Positions 1-9,716 of a stretch of 64,000 nt of DNA are shown here, piece by piece. The translations under genes were made by a program, and so were the position numbers. The DNA is taken from positions 7,234 to 71,233 of the forward strand of contig JAFSBT010000009.1 in assembly GCA_017437145.1 (NCBI GenBank). Reading direction: 5' to 3'. The DNA comes from Clostridia bacterium. GTDB lineage: Bacteria > Bacillota > Clostridia > TANB77 > CAG-508. How positions within the stretch are numbered: position 1 is the first letter of the stretch; the number at the start of each line of letters is the position of its first letter. A model generated the notes under the pieces. It ran no database searches, was not told the origin of the DNA, and worked only from the letters and a program-made list of their open reading frames with translations.

Positions 1-1
1 T

Positions 2-307
2 GAATTTAAACAAACAGATATACCTAACGCAAATACTAAAATTACTTTAATAAAAATAGATGATATGTTAGTTATGATAAATAATTTTATTGATAATAGT
101 GATTTTGATAAGAGAACACATTTACAATTATTTGTAAGTAAAGATGGTGTTAATTGGACTAAGAAATTGAAATTAGAAAATGATGAAGATTGTTTCTTTT
201 ATCCACATGCATTCTACGATGATAATAACAAAATATTATATGTAGTGTATGAAAATTCAAAACAGTTTTATTTGCAAAAAATTCCTTATGAAGATTTGAT
301 AATATAA
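2..307 (+). CDS. 3' fragment of a gene entering from upstream; BNR/Asp-box (sialidase-like propeller) C-terminus
   Basis: Frame open from the window edge to the stop at 305-307. SKDGVNW fits the SxDxGxxW Asp-box. Otherwise weak. Confidence 0.4.
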   Translation, partial: EFKQTDIPNANTKITLIKIDDMLVMINNFIDNSDFDKRTHLQLFVSKDGVNWTKKLKLENDEDCFFYPHAFYDDNNKILYVVYENSKQFYLQKIPYEDLII

Positions 308-476
308 TTATTAAATTACGTTATTTAAAATGTAAATTCTTGAAAAAAATATTATATTGTATCAACATAGGAAAAGAAATTTAGCAGATGTGTGTGTTGC
401 ATCTAGACTAAAATAATATACATTCATAATTATCTTTTGTCAAATTCTTAAATTAAGATCATATGGAGAAAATAAA

Positions 477-1232
477 ATGAAAAATAAATATATAAAAAAA
501 GTTAATAATAAACAAACTTTAGAGAATATGAGAAATCTGTTTACTGATATTAGATTTTATATGGGAAAAAGTGTATTAGATGGATTAATGGGAGAAGCAT
601 ATGTTGATGATATAGAATCACCAAAGTTTGGTATTTTACTTGTAAGAGAATATTGCTTTATTAGTGGTAACATAGAAAAAAATATTTTAAGAGATATGCT
701 AAAAAGTGAATTTAAAGACTATAAAATAATTCCTGATGATAGAAATAAAGTAATTATTGAAGAAATATTTCAGAAAGATATAAATATTTTACAAAGGTAT
801 TCTTTTTACAAAGAACCAAAATTTAATATAGAGCAATTGAAAGATAACATTAAGAAAATAAAAGAACCTTATAAAATTGTTGAAATAAATGAAAATATAG
901 CTTGTAAGATTAGAGATAATAATTTTATAAGAATAACGGATAATTTTAAAGAAAGAGGTATAGGATGTTGTTGCATAAAAGATGGAAACATCATTGGAGT
1001 GGCAACTTCTAATATCATCTATAATGAAGGAATAGAAGTAAATATAAAAGTAAGCGAAGAATATAGAAGGAAAGGTATAGCATCTGCGTTAGCATCATAT
1101 TTAATAATATTGTGTGTTGATAGAAACTTAAAAGTGAGTTGGGATGCTGCAAATTTAAATTCTGTTGGATTAGCAAAAAAATTAGGTTTTATATATGCAG
1201 GACCATATAATATTTACACTTTTAATAATTAA
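477..1232 (+). CDS. GNAT-family N-acetyltransferase
   Basis: C-terminal RRKGIASALASYLI...VGLAKKLGF resembles the acetyl-CoA binding motif A of GNAT enzymes. RBS GGAGA lies upstream. Confidence 0.65.
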   Translation: MKNKYIKKVNNKQTLENMRNLFTDIRFYMGKSVLDGLMGEAYVDDIESPKFGILLVREYCFISGNIEKNILRDMLKSEFKDYKIIPDDRNKVIIEEIFQKDINILQRYSFYKEPKFNIEQLKDNIKKIKEPYKIVEINENIACKIRDNNFIRITDNFKERGIGCCCIKDGNIIGVATSNIIYNEGIEVNIKVSEEYRRKGIASALASYLIILCVDRNLKVSWDAANLNSVGLAKKLGFIYAGPYNIYTFNN

Positions 1233-1358
1233 AAAACTTAGATATAGATATTAAAAATTTTGATATTTAAAAAAGTACAAATTTTCCAAAAAAACTTGTA
1301 CTTTTTTTATTTTCTTTATATAATATTAAAGTATGTTTATAAATAGGGAGGAATGTAA

Positions 1359-2351
1359 ATGTCATTTATCGATGATATGAAACAAAAAGCTAAAAAAGAA
1401 ATAAAAACAATAGTTTTACCAGAAGCAACAGATGTTAGAACATTAGAAGCAACAGAGCAAATAGGTAAAGAAGAATTTGCTAAAGTTGTTTTAGTTGGTA
1501 ATAAAGAAGAAATTTTAAAAGTAGCAAAAGAAAACAATTTTGACATTTCAAAAGCCGAGATTGTAGAACCAAAAACTTCAGAAAAATATGAAGAATATTC
1601 AAATAGTTTTTACGAATTAAGAAAAAACAAAGGAATGACTATAGAAAAAGCAAATGAGTTAATGTTAGACCCTGTATATTTTGGAATGATGATGTTAAAA
1701 CAAGGAGATGCAGATGGATTAGTTTCAGGAGCAGCGCATTCAACAGCTGATACATTAAGACCAGCTCTTCAAATAATAAAAACAGCTCCAGGTACAAAAT
1801 TAGTATCAACATTTTCGTTTATGGTAGTTCCAAATTGCGAATTTGGTGATAATGGAGTTTTCGTATTCTCAGATTGTGGATTAAATCCAAATCCTAATGC
1901 AGAAGAACTTTCAGAAATTGCAATATCTTCAGCAAATAGTTATAAACAATTAACTTCAAGAGATGCAAGAGTTGCAATGTTATCATTCTCATCATATGGA
2001 AGTGCTTCTTCACCAGAAGTAGAAAAAGTACAACAAGCAACAGAAATGGCTAAAGAAAAAGCTCCAGAATTAGCATTAGATGGAGAATTACAATTAGATG
2101 CAGCTATAGTTCCAGAAGTAGGACAAAGCAAAGCTCCAGGAAGCAAAGTTGCAGGAACAGCAAATACATTAATATTCCCAGATTTACAAGCTGGAAATAT
2201 AGGATATAAACTAGTTGAAAGATTAGGAAAAGCAGAAGCTTATGGTCCAATATGCCAAGGAATTGCAAAACCAGTTAATGACTTGTCTAGAGGATGTAAG
2301 GCTGCGGATATTGTGGGAGTTGTGGCCATAACAGCTGTCCAAGCACAGTAA
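1359..2351 (+). CDS. pta: phosphate acetyltransferase
   Basis: 330 aa. Typical Pta motifs (VLPEATD, DADGLVSGA, NIGYKLVERL). RBS GGGAGG. Confidence 0.95.
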   Translation: MSFIDDMKQKAKKEIKTIVLPEATDVRTLEATEQIGKEEFAKVVLVGNKEEILKVAKENNFDISKAEIVEPKTSEKYEEYSNSFYELRKNKGMTIEKANELMLDPVYFGMMMLKQGDADGLVSGAAHSTADTLRPALQIIKTAPGTKLVSTFSFMVVPNCEFGDNGVFVFSDCGLNPNPNAEELSEIAISSANSYKQLTSRDARVAMLSFSSYGSASSPEVEKVQQATEMAKEKAPELALDGELQLDAAIVPEVGQSKAPGSKVAGTANTLIFPDLQAGNIGYKLVERLGKAEAYGPICQGIAKPVNDLSRGCKAADIVGVVAITAVQAQ

Positions 2352-2560
2352 AAATTAATGAAAAGCTTCGTATTACGTCGTTAAATCGAAGATAAAAAAT
2401 CCTCAACGTACCTTAGTACGCCTCCGGTTTTTTTACTTCAATTTGCCTAGTACTACTTGCTTTTGATTAATTTTAAGAAATAAAAACGAATAATAAGCTA
2501 TATTGTGCGCATTTAGGCACGCCTCCGGTTTTACTCATTCATTAAAATGTACAATATACC
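2352..2560. repeat. family-E structured 3'-UTR element (full copy 2352-2475, partial second core 2495-2560)
   Basis: About 125-nt imperfect long hairpin starting right after the pta stop. Paralogous copy at 57211-57336 right after the lexA stop. Shared core AATCCTCAAYGTRC...GYACRCCTSCGGTT. Confidence 0.6.
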
Positions 2561-2602
2561 ACTTTTACTTCGTTTTAAAATAAAAAAACTTATTGTAAAT
2601 AT

Positions 2603-2630
2603 TGTAGGGGTCGACGCCCACGGCGACCCG
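2603..2630. repeat. family-A GC-hairpin element (half copy)
   Basis: TGTAGGGGTCGACGCCCACGGCGACCCG, an island of GC in AT-rich spacer. See the family-A finding. Confidence 0.7.
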
Positions 2631-2654
2631 AAAAAATAATATAAGGAGATGTAA

Positions 2655-3182
2655 ATGTTTATAATTGCGCAACTTATAGGACTTATAATAATATTTCTCT
2701 CGATTATTGGACTTCAACAGAAGAAAGGCGAAAGATTTCTTTTTTATCAAATAATTATAAATATATTATATATTATACAATATCTGTTGTTAGGAGCCAT
2801 TACAGGAGCTGCAATATGTACAATAGCAATGATAAGATGTATAATTTTTTGGAAATATAAAAAAGAAAATAAAAAGACACCAGTTTGTTTTTTAATAATA
2901 TTTATTCTATTATCGATAATGTCGGGTATAATAACTTCAAATAATATATTTGATTATATTTTAACTATAGGCACAATAGTATTTACTTATGCATTATGGC
3001 AAGATAATATGAAAATAATGAGAATAGGAAGTTTAATATCAGTAATTACATATATGATATATAACTTAATATTTAAGGCTTATACAGCAATGATATTAGA
3101 TGGTATAGATTTTTCTAATTTAATGATTGCAATATATAAAAATGATATAAAAAATATAAAAAGAAAGAAGGAAATAAAATGA
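2655..3182 (+). CDS. small polytopic membrane protein, YgjV-like
   Basis: 175 aa, about 5 hydrophobic helices. Its stop overlaps the ackA start (ATGA). Family assignment from memory only. Confidence 0.5.
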   Translation: MFIIAQLIGLIIIFLSIIGLQQKKGERFLFYQIIINILYIIQYLLLGAITGAAICTIAMIRCIIFWKYKKENKKTPVCFLIIFILLSIMSGIITSNNIFDYILTIGTIVFTYALWQDNMKIMRIGSLISVITYMIYNLIFKAYTAMILDGIDFSNLMIAIYKNDIKNIKRKKEIK

Positions 3183-4381
3183 AAATCTTAGTAGTAAACT
3201 GTGGTAGTTCTTCATTAAAATATCAATTAATAGAAATGGAGAATGAAGAAGTATTAGCTTCAGGAAAATGTGACAGAATAGGTGTAAAAGGAATTGAAAG
3301 TCCTTTTATAGAATACAAAGGAAAAGATGGTAAAAAACTAAAAAAAGAATTAGATTTACCAAATCATACAGTAGCATTTGAAGAAATTGTTAAATATTTA
3401 TTAGACCCAGAAGTAGGAGCAATAAAAGATATTTCTGAAATTAATGGAATAGGTCATAGAATAGTAAATGGTGGACCTAAACTTGCATGTTCTATGTTAA
3501 TTACAGATGAGGTTATGGCAGAATATACAAAAGCAATAGAATACGCACCACTTCATAATCCAGCTCATATACAAGGTATAGAAGCATGTCAAAAAATAAT
3601 GCCAAATATTCCACAAGCATTAGTATTTGATACATCATTCCATGCAACAATTCCAGAATATGCATCACTTTATGCTATACCATATGAATTTTATGAGAAA
3701 TATGGAATTAAAAGATATGGGGCACATGGTACATCACATAAATTTATAACAAAACAAGCTGCAAAAGTATTAGGAAAAGATATAAATGATGTAAATATTA
3801 TTTCTTGTCACTTAGGAAATGGTGCAAGTATAGCAGCTGTAAAAAATGGAAAATGTGTTGATACAACAATGGGATTAACACCACTTGAAGGTTTGGTAAT
3901 GGGAACTAGATCAGGAGATTTAGATCCAGCTGTTTTAGAATTTGTTATGAAAAAAGAAAATTTAAGTATTGATGAAATGATGACAGTATTAAATAAAAAA
4001 TCAGGATTACTTGGAATTTCTGGAATAACAGGTGATATAAGAGACTTAAAAGGATTAATAGCTGAAGGAAATGAAAAAGCAAAATTAGCTGTAGATATGT
4101 TTGCTTATAGAGTAAGAAAATATATAGGTGCATACATGGCAGTGTTAGGACATGTAGATGCAATAATATTTGAAGGTGGAATTGGAGAACACAATCCAGA
4201 TGTTATTTCAAAAGCAGTATCAGGATTAGAAGAATTAGGAATAAAATATGATAATTCTCATAATGATAATGAAATGTATGAAGGAATAGTAAGCACTCCA
4301 GATTCAAAAATAAAAATGTATATAATTCCAACAAACGAAGAATTAGAAATAGCAAACGAAACAATGGAATTATTAAAATAA
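3179..4381 (+). CDS. ackA: acetate kinase
   Basis: 400 aa. MKILVVNCGSSSLKYQL N-terminus, HRIVNGG, EGGIGE motifs. Confidence 0.95.
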   Translation: MKILVVNCGSSSLKYQLIEMENEEVLASGKCDRIGVKGIESPFIEYKGKDGKKLKKELDLPNHTVAFEEIVKYLLDPEVGAIKDISEINGIGHRIVNGGPKLACSMLITDEVMAEYTKAIEYAPLHNPAHIQGIEACQKIMPNIPQALVFDTSFHATIPEYASLYAIPYEFYEKYGIKRYGAHGTSHKFITKQAAKVLGKDINDVNIISCHLGNGASIAAVKNGKCVDTTMGLTPLEGLVMGTRSGDLDPAVLEFVMKKENLSIDEMMTVLNKKSGLLGISGITGDIRDLKGLIAEGNEKAKLAVDMFAYRVRKYIGAYMAVLGHVDAIIFEGGIGEHNPDVISKAVSGLEELGIKYDNSHNDNEMYEGIVSTPDSKIKMYIIPTNEELEIANETMELLK

Positions 4382-4389
4382 TAGGAGAG

Positions 4390-5041
4390 TTGATTTTGAA
4401 AACACTAATTATAACTGGTGGAAATTTAAATAAAGACTTTACAAAAGAGTATTTGAAAAAATACTCTTTTGATTTAATTATAGCTGTTGATAAAGGATTA
4501 GAGGTTTTAGATAATTTAGAGGTAAAACCAAATTACATTGTAGGAGACTTTGATTCTATCAATAAAAAAGTCTTAGATAAATATAAAAAGGATAGTAGTA
4601 TAAAAATAATGACTTTAAATCCGGAAAAAGATTTTACAGATACTCATGTTGCTTTAAATGTTGCAATTGAAAATAAAAGTGAAGAAATAATTATTTTGCG
4701 GAGGAATAGGTAGTAGAATTGACCATACACTTGCAAATATAAATATTCTAATGGAACCATTAAAGAAAAACATAGAATGTAAAATAGTAAATGAAAATAA
4801 TGAAATTCGATTAATAAAAAAAGTAATCGAGATTAAGAAAGATGATAATTATAAATACGTTTCACTTTTGCCATTAACGACAACTGTAGAAAAGGTTACA
4901 TTAAAAGGCTTTAAATATTCTTTAGATAAAGCCAATTTAAAAATAGGAGAAAGCATAGGAGTTAGTAATGAGCAAGTAGAAGAATTGGCTACAATTGATA
5001 TGGAAAAAGGTATTTTAATTTTAATAAGAAGTAAAGACTAA
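4390..5041 (+). CDS. thiN: thiamine diphosphokinase; intact only with a +1 shift at CGG_A 4699-4702
   Basis: ORFs 4390-4713 and 4751-5041 join as ...EEIIIL|GGIGSRIDHTLANI. Contains the GDFDS motif. TTG start after GGAGAG. Confidence 0.8.
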
Positions 5042-5112
5042 AAATCCTCACCCTCATTAACATAAATACATATAATATATTATATGTAATATGAGGGGAG
5101 GATTTTATTTTT

Positions 5113-5693
5113 ATGTTACTGCTAGGAAAAAAAGTAGGATTTGCATTAACAGGTTCTTTTTGTACATTCGAAAAAACAATTCCCCAAATTTCAAAACTAA
5201 TCGAAGAAGGAGCTGAAGTTTTACCAATTATGTCTTTCAGTTCATATAATATTGATAGTAAATTTGGAAAAGCACAAGATTTTATTAATAAAATTGAAGA
5301 TATAACTTGTAAAAAAATTATTCATACAATAGAAGATGCTGAACCTATAGGACCCAAAAGAATGATTGATATAATGATAATTGCACCATGCTCACGGAAA
5401 TACTATAGGAAAAATGGCTAATGGAATAACAGATACACCAGTATTAATGGCAGCAAAATCACATTTAAGAAATGAAAATCCATTAGTAATAGGAATTTCA
5501 ACCAATGATGCTTTATCACGGAAGTGCAGAGAATATAGGAAAATTATTAAATAGAAGAAATTTATATTTTATTCCATTTAGGCAGGATAATCCAATAACA
5601 AAACCACGTTCACTAGTATTTGACCCGAAATATATTTTAAGTACAATATTAAGAGCATTAGAAGGGGAACAAATACAGCCAATGATATTATAA
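5113..5693 (+). CDS. dpaB: dipicolinate synthase subunit B-type flavoprotein; needs +1 shifts at 5395-5398 and 5519-5522
   Basis: The three frame segments join as IAPCS|GNTIGKMANGITDTPVLMAAKSHLRNENPLVIGISTNDALS|GSAENIGKLL, collinear with SpoVFB. No dpaA is adjacent. Confidence 0.75.
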
Positions 5694-5836
5694 CAAACTA
5701 CCAATTACATCTTGACAGAAATAAATAATAAATGTAAAATATAATAGTACAGAAAGTGATAATATATTCTAAAAATAAATTAGTTATATATATTAATCTG
5801 AACATTGAAAATTTAATAGAAAGAGGTGCATTATTT

Positions 5837-7381
5837 ATGAGTCAAGGTTTAATAATTGTACTTACCTTTCTAATCTCATCAGCTATATCTATACCAACAG
5901 GTATATTTTTAAGAAAGAAAACAGCAGAAACAAAAATTAATAGTGCAGAAAGAGAAGCTGCTAGAATTTTAGAAAATGCAAAAAAAGAAGCTGAGAATGC
6001 AAAAAAAGAAGAAATTTTAAAGGCTAAAGAAGAAGTTTTAAAAGCTAGAAATGAATTAGATGCAGAGATTAAAGAAAGAAGAGGAGAAGTACAACTACAA
6101 GAAAAAAGAATAATTCAAAAAGAAGAACATTTAGAAAAACGTGCAGAAATGTTTGAAAGAAAAGAAAAAGACTTAGAAAGAAAAGACCAAGAAGCAAATA
6201 ATAAAATCAAAAAATTAGACGAGTTATTTGATAAGAAAATGGAAGACTTACAAAGAATTTCAAGATTATCTAAGGACGAAGCTAAAAAGATTTTATTAGA
6301 AGAACTTGATAGAACATTATCTGACGAAAAAGCAATGTTAATTAAAGAATCTGAAAGCAAAGCTAAAGAAGATGCAACAAAAAATGCAAGAGAAATTTTA
6401 GGGTATGCTATACAAAAATGTGCAGCAGACCATACATCAGAAACAACAGTGTCTGTTGTAGCACTTCCAAATGATGATATGAAAGGAAGAATAATCGGTA
6501 GAGAAGGAAGAAACATTAAAACAATTGAAACTTTAACAGGAATTGATTTAATTATTGATGATACTCCTGAAGCTGTTATTTTATCTGGATTTGACCCATT
6601 AAGAAGAGAAGTTGCAAAAATTACATTAGAAAAATTGATTGATGATGGTAGAATTCATCCAGCTAAAATAGAAGAAATGGTTGAAAAAGCTAAGGAAGAA
6701 GTTGAAAATATTATTAAACAAGAAGGGGAAAGAGCTGTTTTAGAAACCGGTGTACATGGATTACATCCAGACATTGTTAAATTAATTGGAAAATTAAAAT
6801 ACAGAACAAGTTATGGACAAAATGTTTTAAATCACTCAATAGAAGTTTCTAATTTAGCAAGAATAATGGCAGAAGAATTAGGACTAGACCCTAAAATTGC
6901 AAGACGAGCAGGATTGTTACATGATATTGGAAAAGCTTTAGACCATGATATGGAAGGTACACATATTGAAATTGGTGTAGATATTCTTAAAAAATATAAA
7001 GAGAATGATACTATAATAAATGCTGTTGCAGCACACCATGGAGATGTAGAACCAAAAACTATAGAAGCTGTTTTAATTCAAGCAGCAGATGCAATATCAG
7101 CATCTAGACCAGGAGCAAGAAGAGAAACTTTAGAAACATATATTAAAAGATTAGAAAAACTAGAAGAAATTGCAGATTCATTTGAGGGTGTTGACAAATC
7201 TTATGCTATACAAGCAGGTAGAGAAGTAAGATTAGTTGTAAAACCAGAACAAATTTCAGACAATGAAATGATAATTTTAGCAAGAGACGTTGCTAAAAAG
7301 GTTGAAGATGAAATGGAATACCCAGGACAAATAAAAGTAAATGTAATTAGAGAAACAAGAGCGATTGATTATGCAAAATAA
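5837..7381 (+). CDS. rny: ribonuclease Y
   Basis: N-terminal TM helix, coiled coil, KH ([11 protein letters not shown]) and HD (LLHDIGK) domains. Start trimmed to the ATG after AGAGGTG. Confidence 0.95.
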   Translation: MSQGLIIVLTFLISSAISIPTGIFLRKKTAETKINSAEREAARILENAKKEAENAKKEEILKAKEEVLKARNELDAEIKERRGEVQLQEKRIIQKEEHLEKRAEMFERKEKDLERKDQEANNKIKKLDELFDKKMEDLQRISRLSKDEAKKILLEELDRTLSDEKAMLIKESESKAKEDATKNAREILGYAIQKCAADHTSETTVSVVALPNDDMKGRIIGREGRNIKTIETLTGIDLIIDDTPEAVILSGFDPLRREVAKITLEKLIDDGRIHPAKIEEMVEKAKEEVENIIKQEGERAVLETGVHGLHPDIVKLIGKLKYRTSYGQNVLNHSIEVSNLARIMAEELGLDPKIARRAGLLHDIGKALDHDMEGTHIEIGVDILKKYKENDTIINAVAAHHGDVEPKTIEAVLIQAADAISASRPGARRETLETYIKRLEKLEEIADSFEGVDKSYAIQAGREVRLVVKPEQISDNEMIILARDVAKKVEDEMEYPGQIKVNVIRETRAIDYAK

Positions 7382-7384
7382 AAG

Positions 7385-7422
7385 AAAAAAGCTTCCCGGC
7401 GAAGAGCCAGGAAGCTTTTTCT
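7385..7422. terminator. bidirectional intrinsic terminator (rny / small minus-strand gene)
   Basis: AAAAAGCTTCC-loop-GGAAGCTTTTT flanked by A-run and T-run. Confidence 0.8.
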
Positions 7423-7424
7423 TA

Positions 7425-7703
7425 TCAATCAGAATAGCAGAAAATTTTGAGACAGAGTCTCATTGTGCCGTTTTCATACTGATGATTGAAGTAGAGCTTA
7501 AGAGTTTTATCAAGTTGCTGAGCTTCATCAATATCAGGCTCTGTACAGCATACCTGAAGATCTTTGAGGAAGTATTCACTTTTAAGGTACTCCATGATTT
7601 TTATAAGGCAGAAATCATCGAGATTGATAATATTTCCGCTTTGAATGAAATCATAGCCTTCCTGTTTCAGGTTTAAACTCTTCAGCAATTCCCTAAGGGT
7701 CAT
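7425..7703 (-). CDS. hypothetical 92-aa protein, GC-richer cassette 1, copy A
   Basis: Start moved to MTLRELL (ATG 7703), which follows AAAGGGG. Own promoter TTTACT-17-TGtTATAAT at about 7760-7790. No family recognised. Confidence 0.55.
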   Translation of the reverse strand: MTLRELLKSLNLKQEGYDFIQSGNIINLDDFCLIKIMEYLKSEYFLKDLQVCCTEPDIDEAQQLDKTLKLYFNHQYENGTMRLCLKIFCYSD

Positions 7704-7795
7704 AAGAACAACCCCTTTCTTTAAATTTGTGAGGGGTGGGATATTGCCCAACACAAAAAATATTATAACACAATATTTACATAAAGTAAAGAAAA

Positions 7796-7823
7796 ACTCG
7801 TCCAATGACAACATTGGACGAGT
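7796..7823 (-). terminator. intrinsic terminator of the 7830-8111 gene
   Basis: ACTCGTCCAATG-ACAA-CATTGGACGAGT with T/A runs on both sides. Confidence 0.8.
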
Positions 7824-7829
7824 TTTTTT

Positions 7830-8111
7830 TTACTTTTTTCGTTCTTCAACAGAAGAGAGTTTCAGAGTAATTGATGAATCTTCTTTGTTAATGTCGAAGA
7901 ACAAAACCGGTGTGTGACCAAGAGAAGTGACTGTATCATAATCAAACGCACAAGTCTCAAGGTCGCCCTGGAATCTTTCTGATTCACTTATGAAATAATT
8001 TCGGATTTTCATCCGGCATACTTTATGCATGCTGTCAATCGTAAGTTCCCCAATTGCCTGAGGGCATAAAATCCTTACTGATAACGATTCCATAAGTTCC
8101 CATAGGGTCAT
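7830..8111 (-). CDS. hypothetical 93-aa protein, GC-richer cassette 1, copy B
   Basis: MTLWELMESL start behind the same 5'-UTR and RBS as copy A. Promoter TTTACT-17-TGaTATAAT at about 8165-8195. Contains in-frame CGG_A (8015-8012). Confidence 0.55.
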   Translation of the reverse strand: MTLWELMESLSVRILCPQAIGELTIDSMHKVCRMKIRNYFISESERFQGDLETCAFDYDTVTSLGHTPVLFFDINKEDSSITLKLSSVEERKK

Positions 8112-8266
8112 AAGAACAACCCCTTTCTGTAGATTTGTGTGGGGTGGGATATTGCCCTTGCACGAAAAGAATTATATCATGGATTTTACGTAAAGTAAAT
8201 AGAGAAAATATAGCAGATTGATAGAAAAATATAAATTATAATTTGCAGTGGTGATTTATTTTAAAC

Positions 8267-8368
8267 GTTGTAGGGGCGAACTGTGTTCGCCAGCCTTCGA
8301 TGAACGGGCGATTAAAAATCGCCCCTACAAACATCCAACAACAAAATTCCAAATGCCAAATACAATTT
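8267..8368. repeat. family-A full element plus CCAA-heptamer arm
   Basis: GTTGTAGGGGCGAAC..GTTCGCC AGCCTTCGATGA ACGGGCGATT..ATCGCCCCTACAA, followed by catccaa/caacaaa/attccaa/atgccaa. Confidence 0.75.
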
Positions 8369-8440
8369 ATATAATTAATTCTCCAAAACCTATACTAAAA
8401 TCATTAAAAATGTGATATAAATAATAAATGAGGTGATAAA

Positions 8441-9214
8441 ATGAAAGTTTTATTAATAGGAGATATTGTTGGAAATATAGGTGTGAAAAAAGTTAAAGAA
8501 GTTTTACCAAAAATAAAAAAAGAAAAAAATATAGATTTTATAATTGCAAACGCAGAAAATTCTGCAGAAGGAATGGGCATTACTGCCAATATTTATAAAG
8601 ATTTAGTAGCATTAGGAATAAATGTTATTACAATGGGAAATCATACATGGGGTAAGAAAGATATATTTAATATAATTGAAAATAAGAACTTAATTCGTCC
8701 TGCAAATTATCCAAAGGGTGTATTAGGGAATGGATATGGAATTTATGAATGTAATAATAAAAAAATTGCTGTAATTGATTTAATTGGTAGAGTTGATATG
8801 AATGTTTTATCAGAAAATCCTTTTATAGTTGTAGATGAAATTATTGAAAAAATTAAATCTAATGTTGATATAATAATTGTTGAATTTCATGCAGAAGCAA
8901 CAGCTGAAAAAATTGCCATGTCATATTTTTTAGACGGTAAAGTTAATTTAGTTTATGGAACACATACACATGTTCAGACAGCAGATGAAAGAATAACTCA
9001 AAATGGTATGGCATATATTACTGATGTTGGAATGACAGGACCAAGTAAATCTGTAATAGGAATGGATGTAGATGCTTCAATAAAAAGATTTTTAACATCA
9101 CTTCCTGAAAGATATAAAGTAAGTGATGACAAAAATACATTTATGGATTGTGCAATAGTTGAATTTGATGACGAAAATTGTCGAGCAAAAGAAATTACTA
9201 GAATAAAACTTTAA
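8441..9214 (+). CDS. ymdB: YmdB-type metallophosphoesterase (2',3'-cyclic-nucleotide phosphodiesterase)
   Basis: MKVLLIGDIVG..., NAENSAEG, GNHTW motifs. Lies downstream of rny, as is usual in Firmicutes. Confidence 0.9.
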   Translation: MKVLLIGDIVGNIGVKKVKEVLPKIKKEKNIDFIIANAENSAEGMGITANIYKDLVALGINVITMGNHTWGKKDIFNIIENKNLIRPANYPKGVLGNGYGIYECNNKKIAVIDLIGRVDMNVLSENPFIVVDEIIEKIKSNVDIIIVEFHAEATAEKIAMSYFLDGKVNLVYGTHTHVQTADERITQNGMAYITDVGMTGPSKSVIGMDVDASIKRFLTSLPERYKVSDDKNTFMDCAIVEFDDENCRAKEITRIKL

Positions 9215-9363
9215 AATGTGCCGAAAATCATGCAATTTACGCGATGAAAACTTCCTTTTTTTACCAGAAAAACATAGACATATAATCCTAAATATATTAT
9301 AAATATATAGTAACAAATGAAACAAAAGATACGGTTACAAAAAAATATTTTAGGAGGCAAAAA

Positions 9364-9627
9364 ATGGAAGTTTTAAAAATTTCATCAAAATCAAATCCAA
9401 ATTCAGTAGCAGGGGCAATTGCAGGATTAGTAAAAGAGGAAAACAAAGCAGAAATGCAAGCAATAGGAGCAGGAGCTTTAAATCAAGCGGTTAAAGCTAT
9501 TGCAATAGCAAGGGGGTTCGTTGCACCAGCAGGTGTTGACTTAGTATGTATACCAGCATTTGCTGAGGTAGAAGTAGAAGGAGAAAACAGAACAGGAATG
9601 AAGTTGATTATAGAATCAAGAAAATAA
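9364..9627 (+). CDS. spoVS: stage V sporulation protein S
   Basis: 87 aa. MEVLKISSKSNPNSVAGAIAG... is essentially the SpoVS consensus. Confidence 0.95.
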   Translation: MEVLKISSKSNPNSVAGAIAGLVKEENKAEMQAIGAGALNQAVKAIAIARGFVAPAGVDLVCIPAFAEVEVEGENRTGMKLIIESRK

Positions 9628-9686
9628 AGAATTTTGAATAATGAAAAAGAAGGGCTAAATTTTAAGGGCTCTTCTTATTTTTTATG

Positions 9687-9716
9687 AGGTGCGAAGTGTG
9701 ATGTGGGAGGTGTGAA
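9687..9716. repeat. family-B heptamer-periodic arm (single arm)
   Basis: tgaggtg/cgaagtg/tgatgtg/ggaggtg/tgaaatg. It runs into the ATG of the next gene. Confidence 0.6.

Noticed and set aside
6115-6516. Antisense ORFs inside rny, smc, dnaE, valS, ackA, pta, the PFK-like gene and others (e.g. 1337-1546, 3945-4163, 38421-38783, 38890-39255, 40825-41253, 47072-47577, 49220-49743).
   Set aside because: All lie opposite genes with clear homology-type motifs and show leucine/serine/phenylalanine-rich shadow composition.
7365-7917. Plus-strand ORFs 7365-7676 and 7729-7917 across cassette 1.
   Set aside because: The promoters, the duplicated 5'-UTR, the RBS and the terminators are all oriented for the minus strand. 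The plus-strand ORFs run through terminator hairpins.
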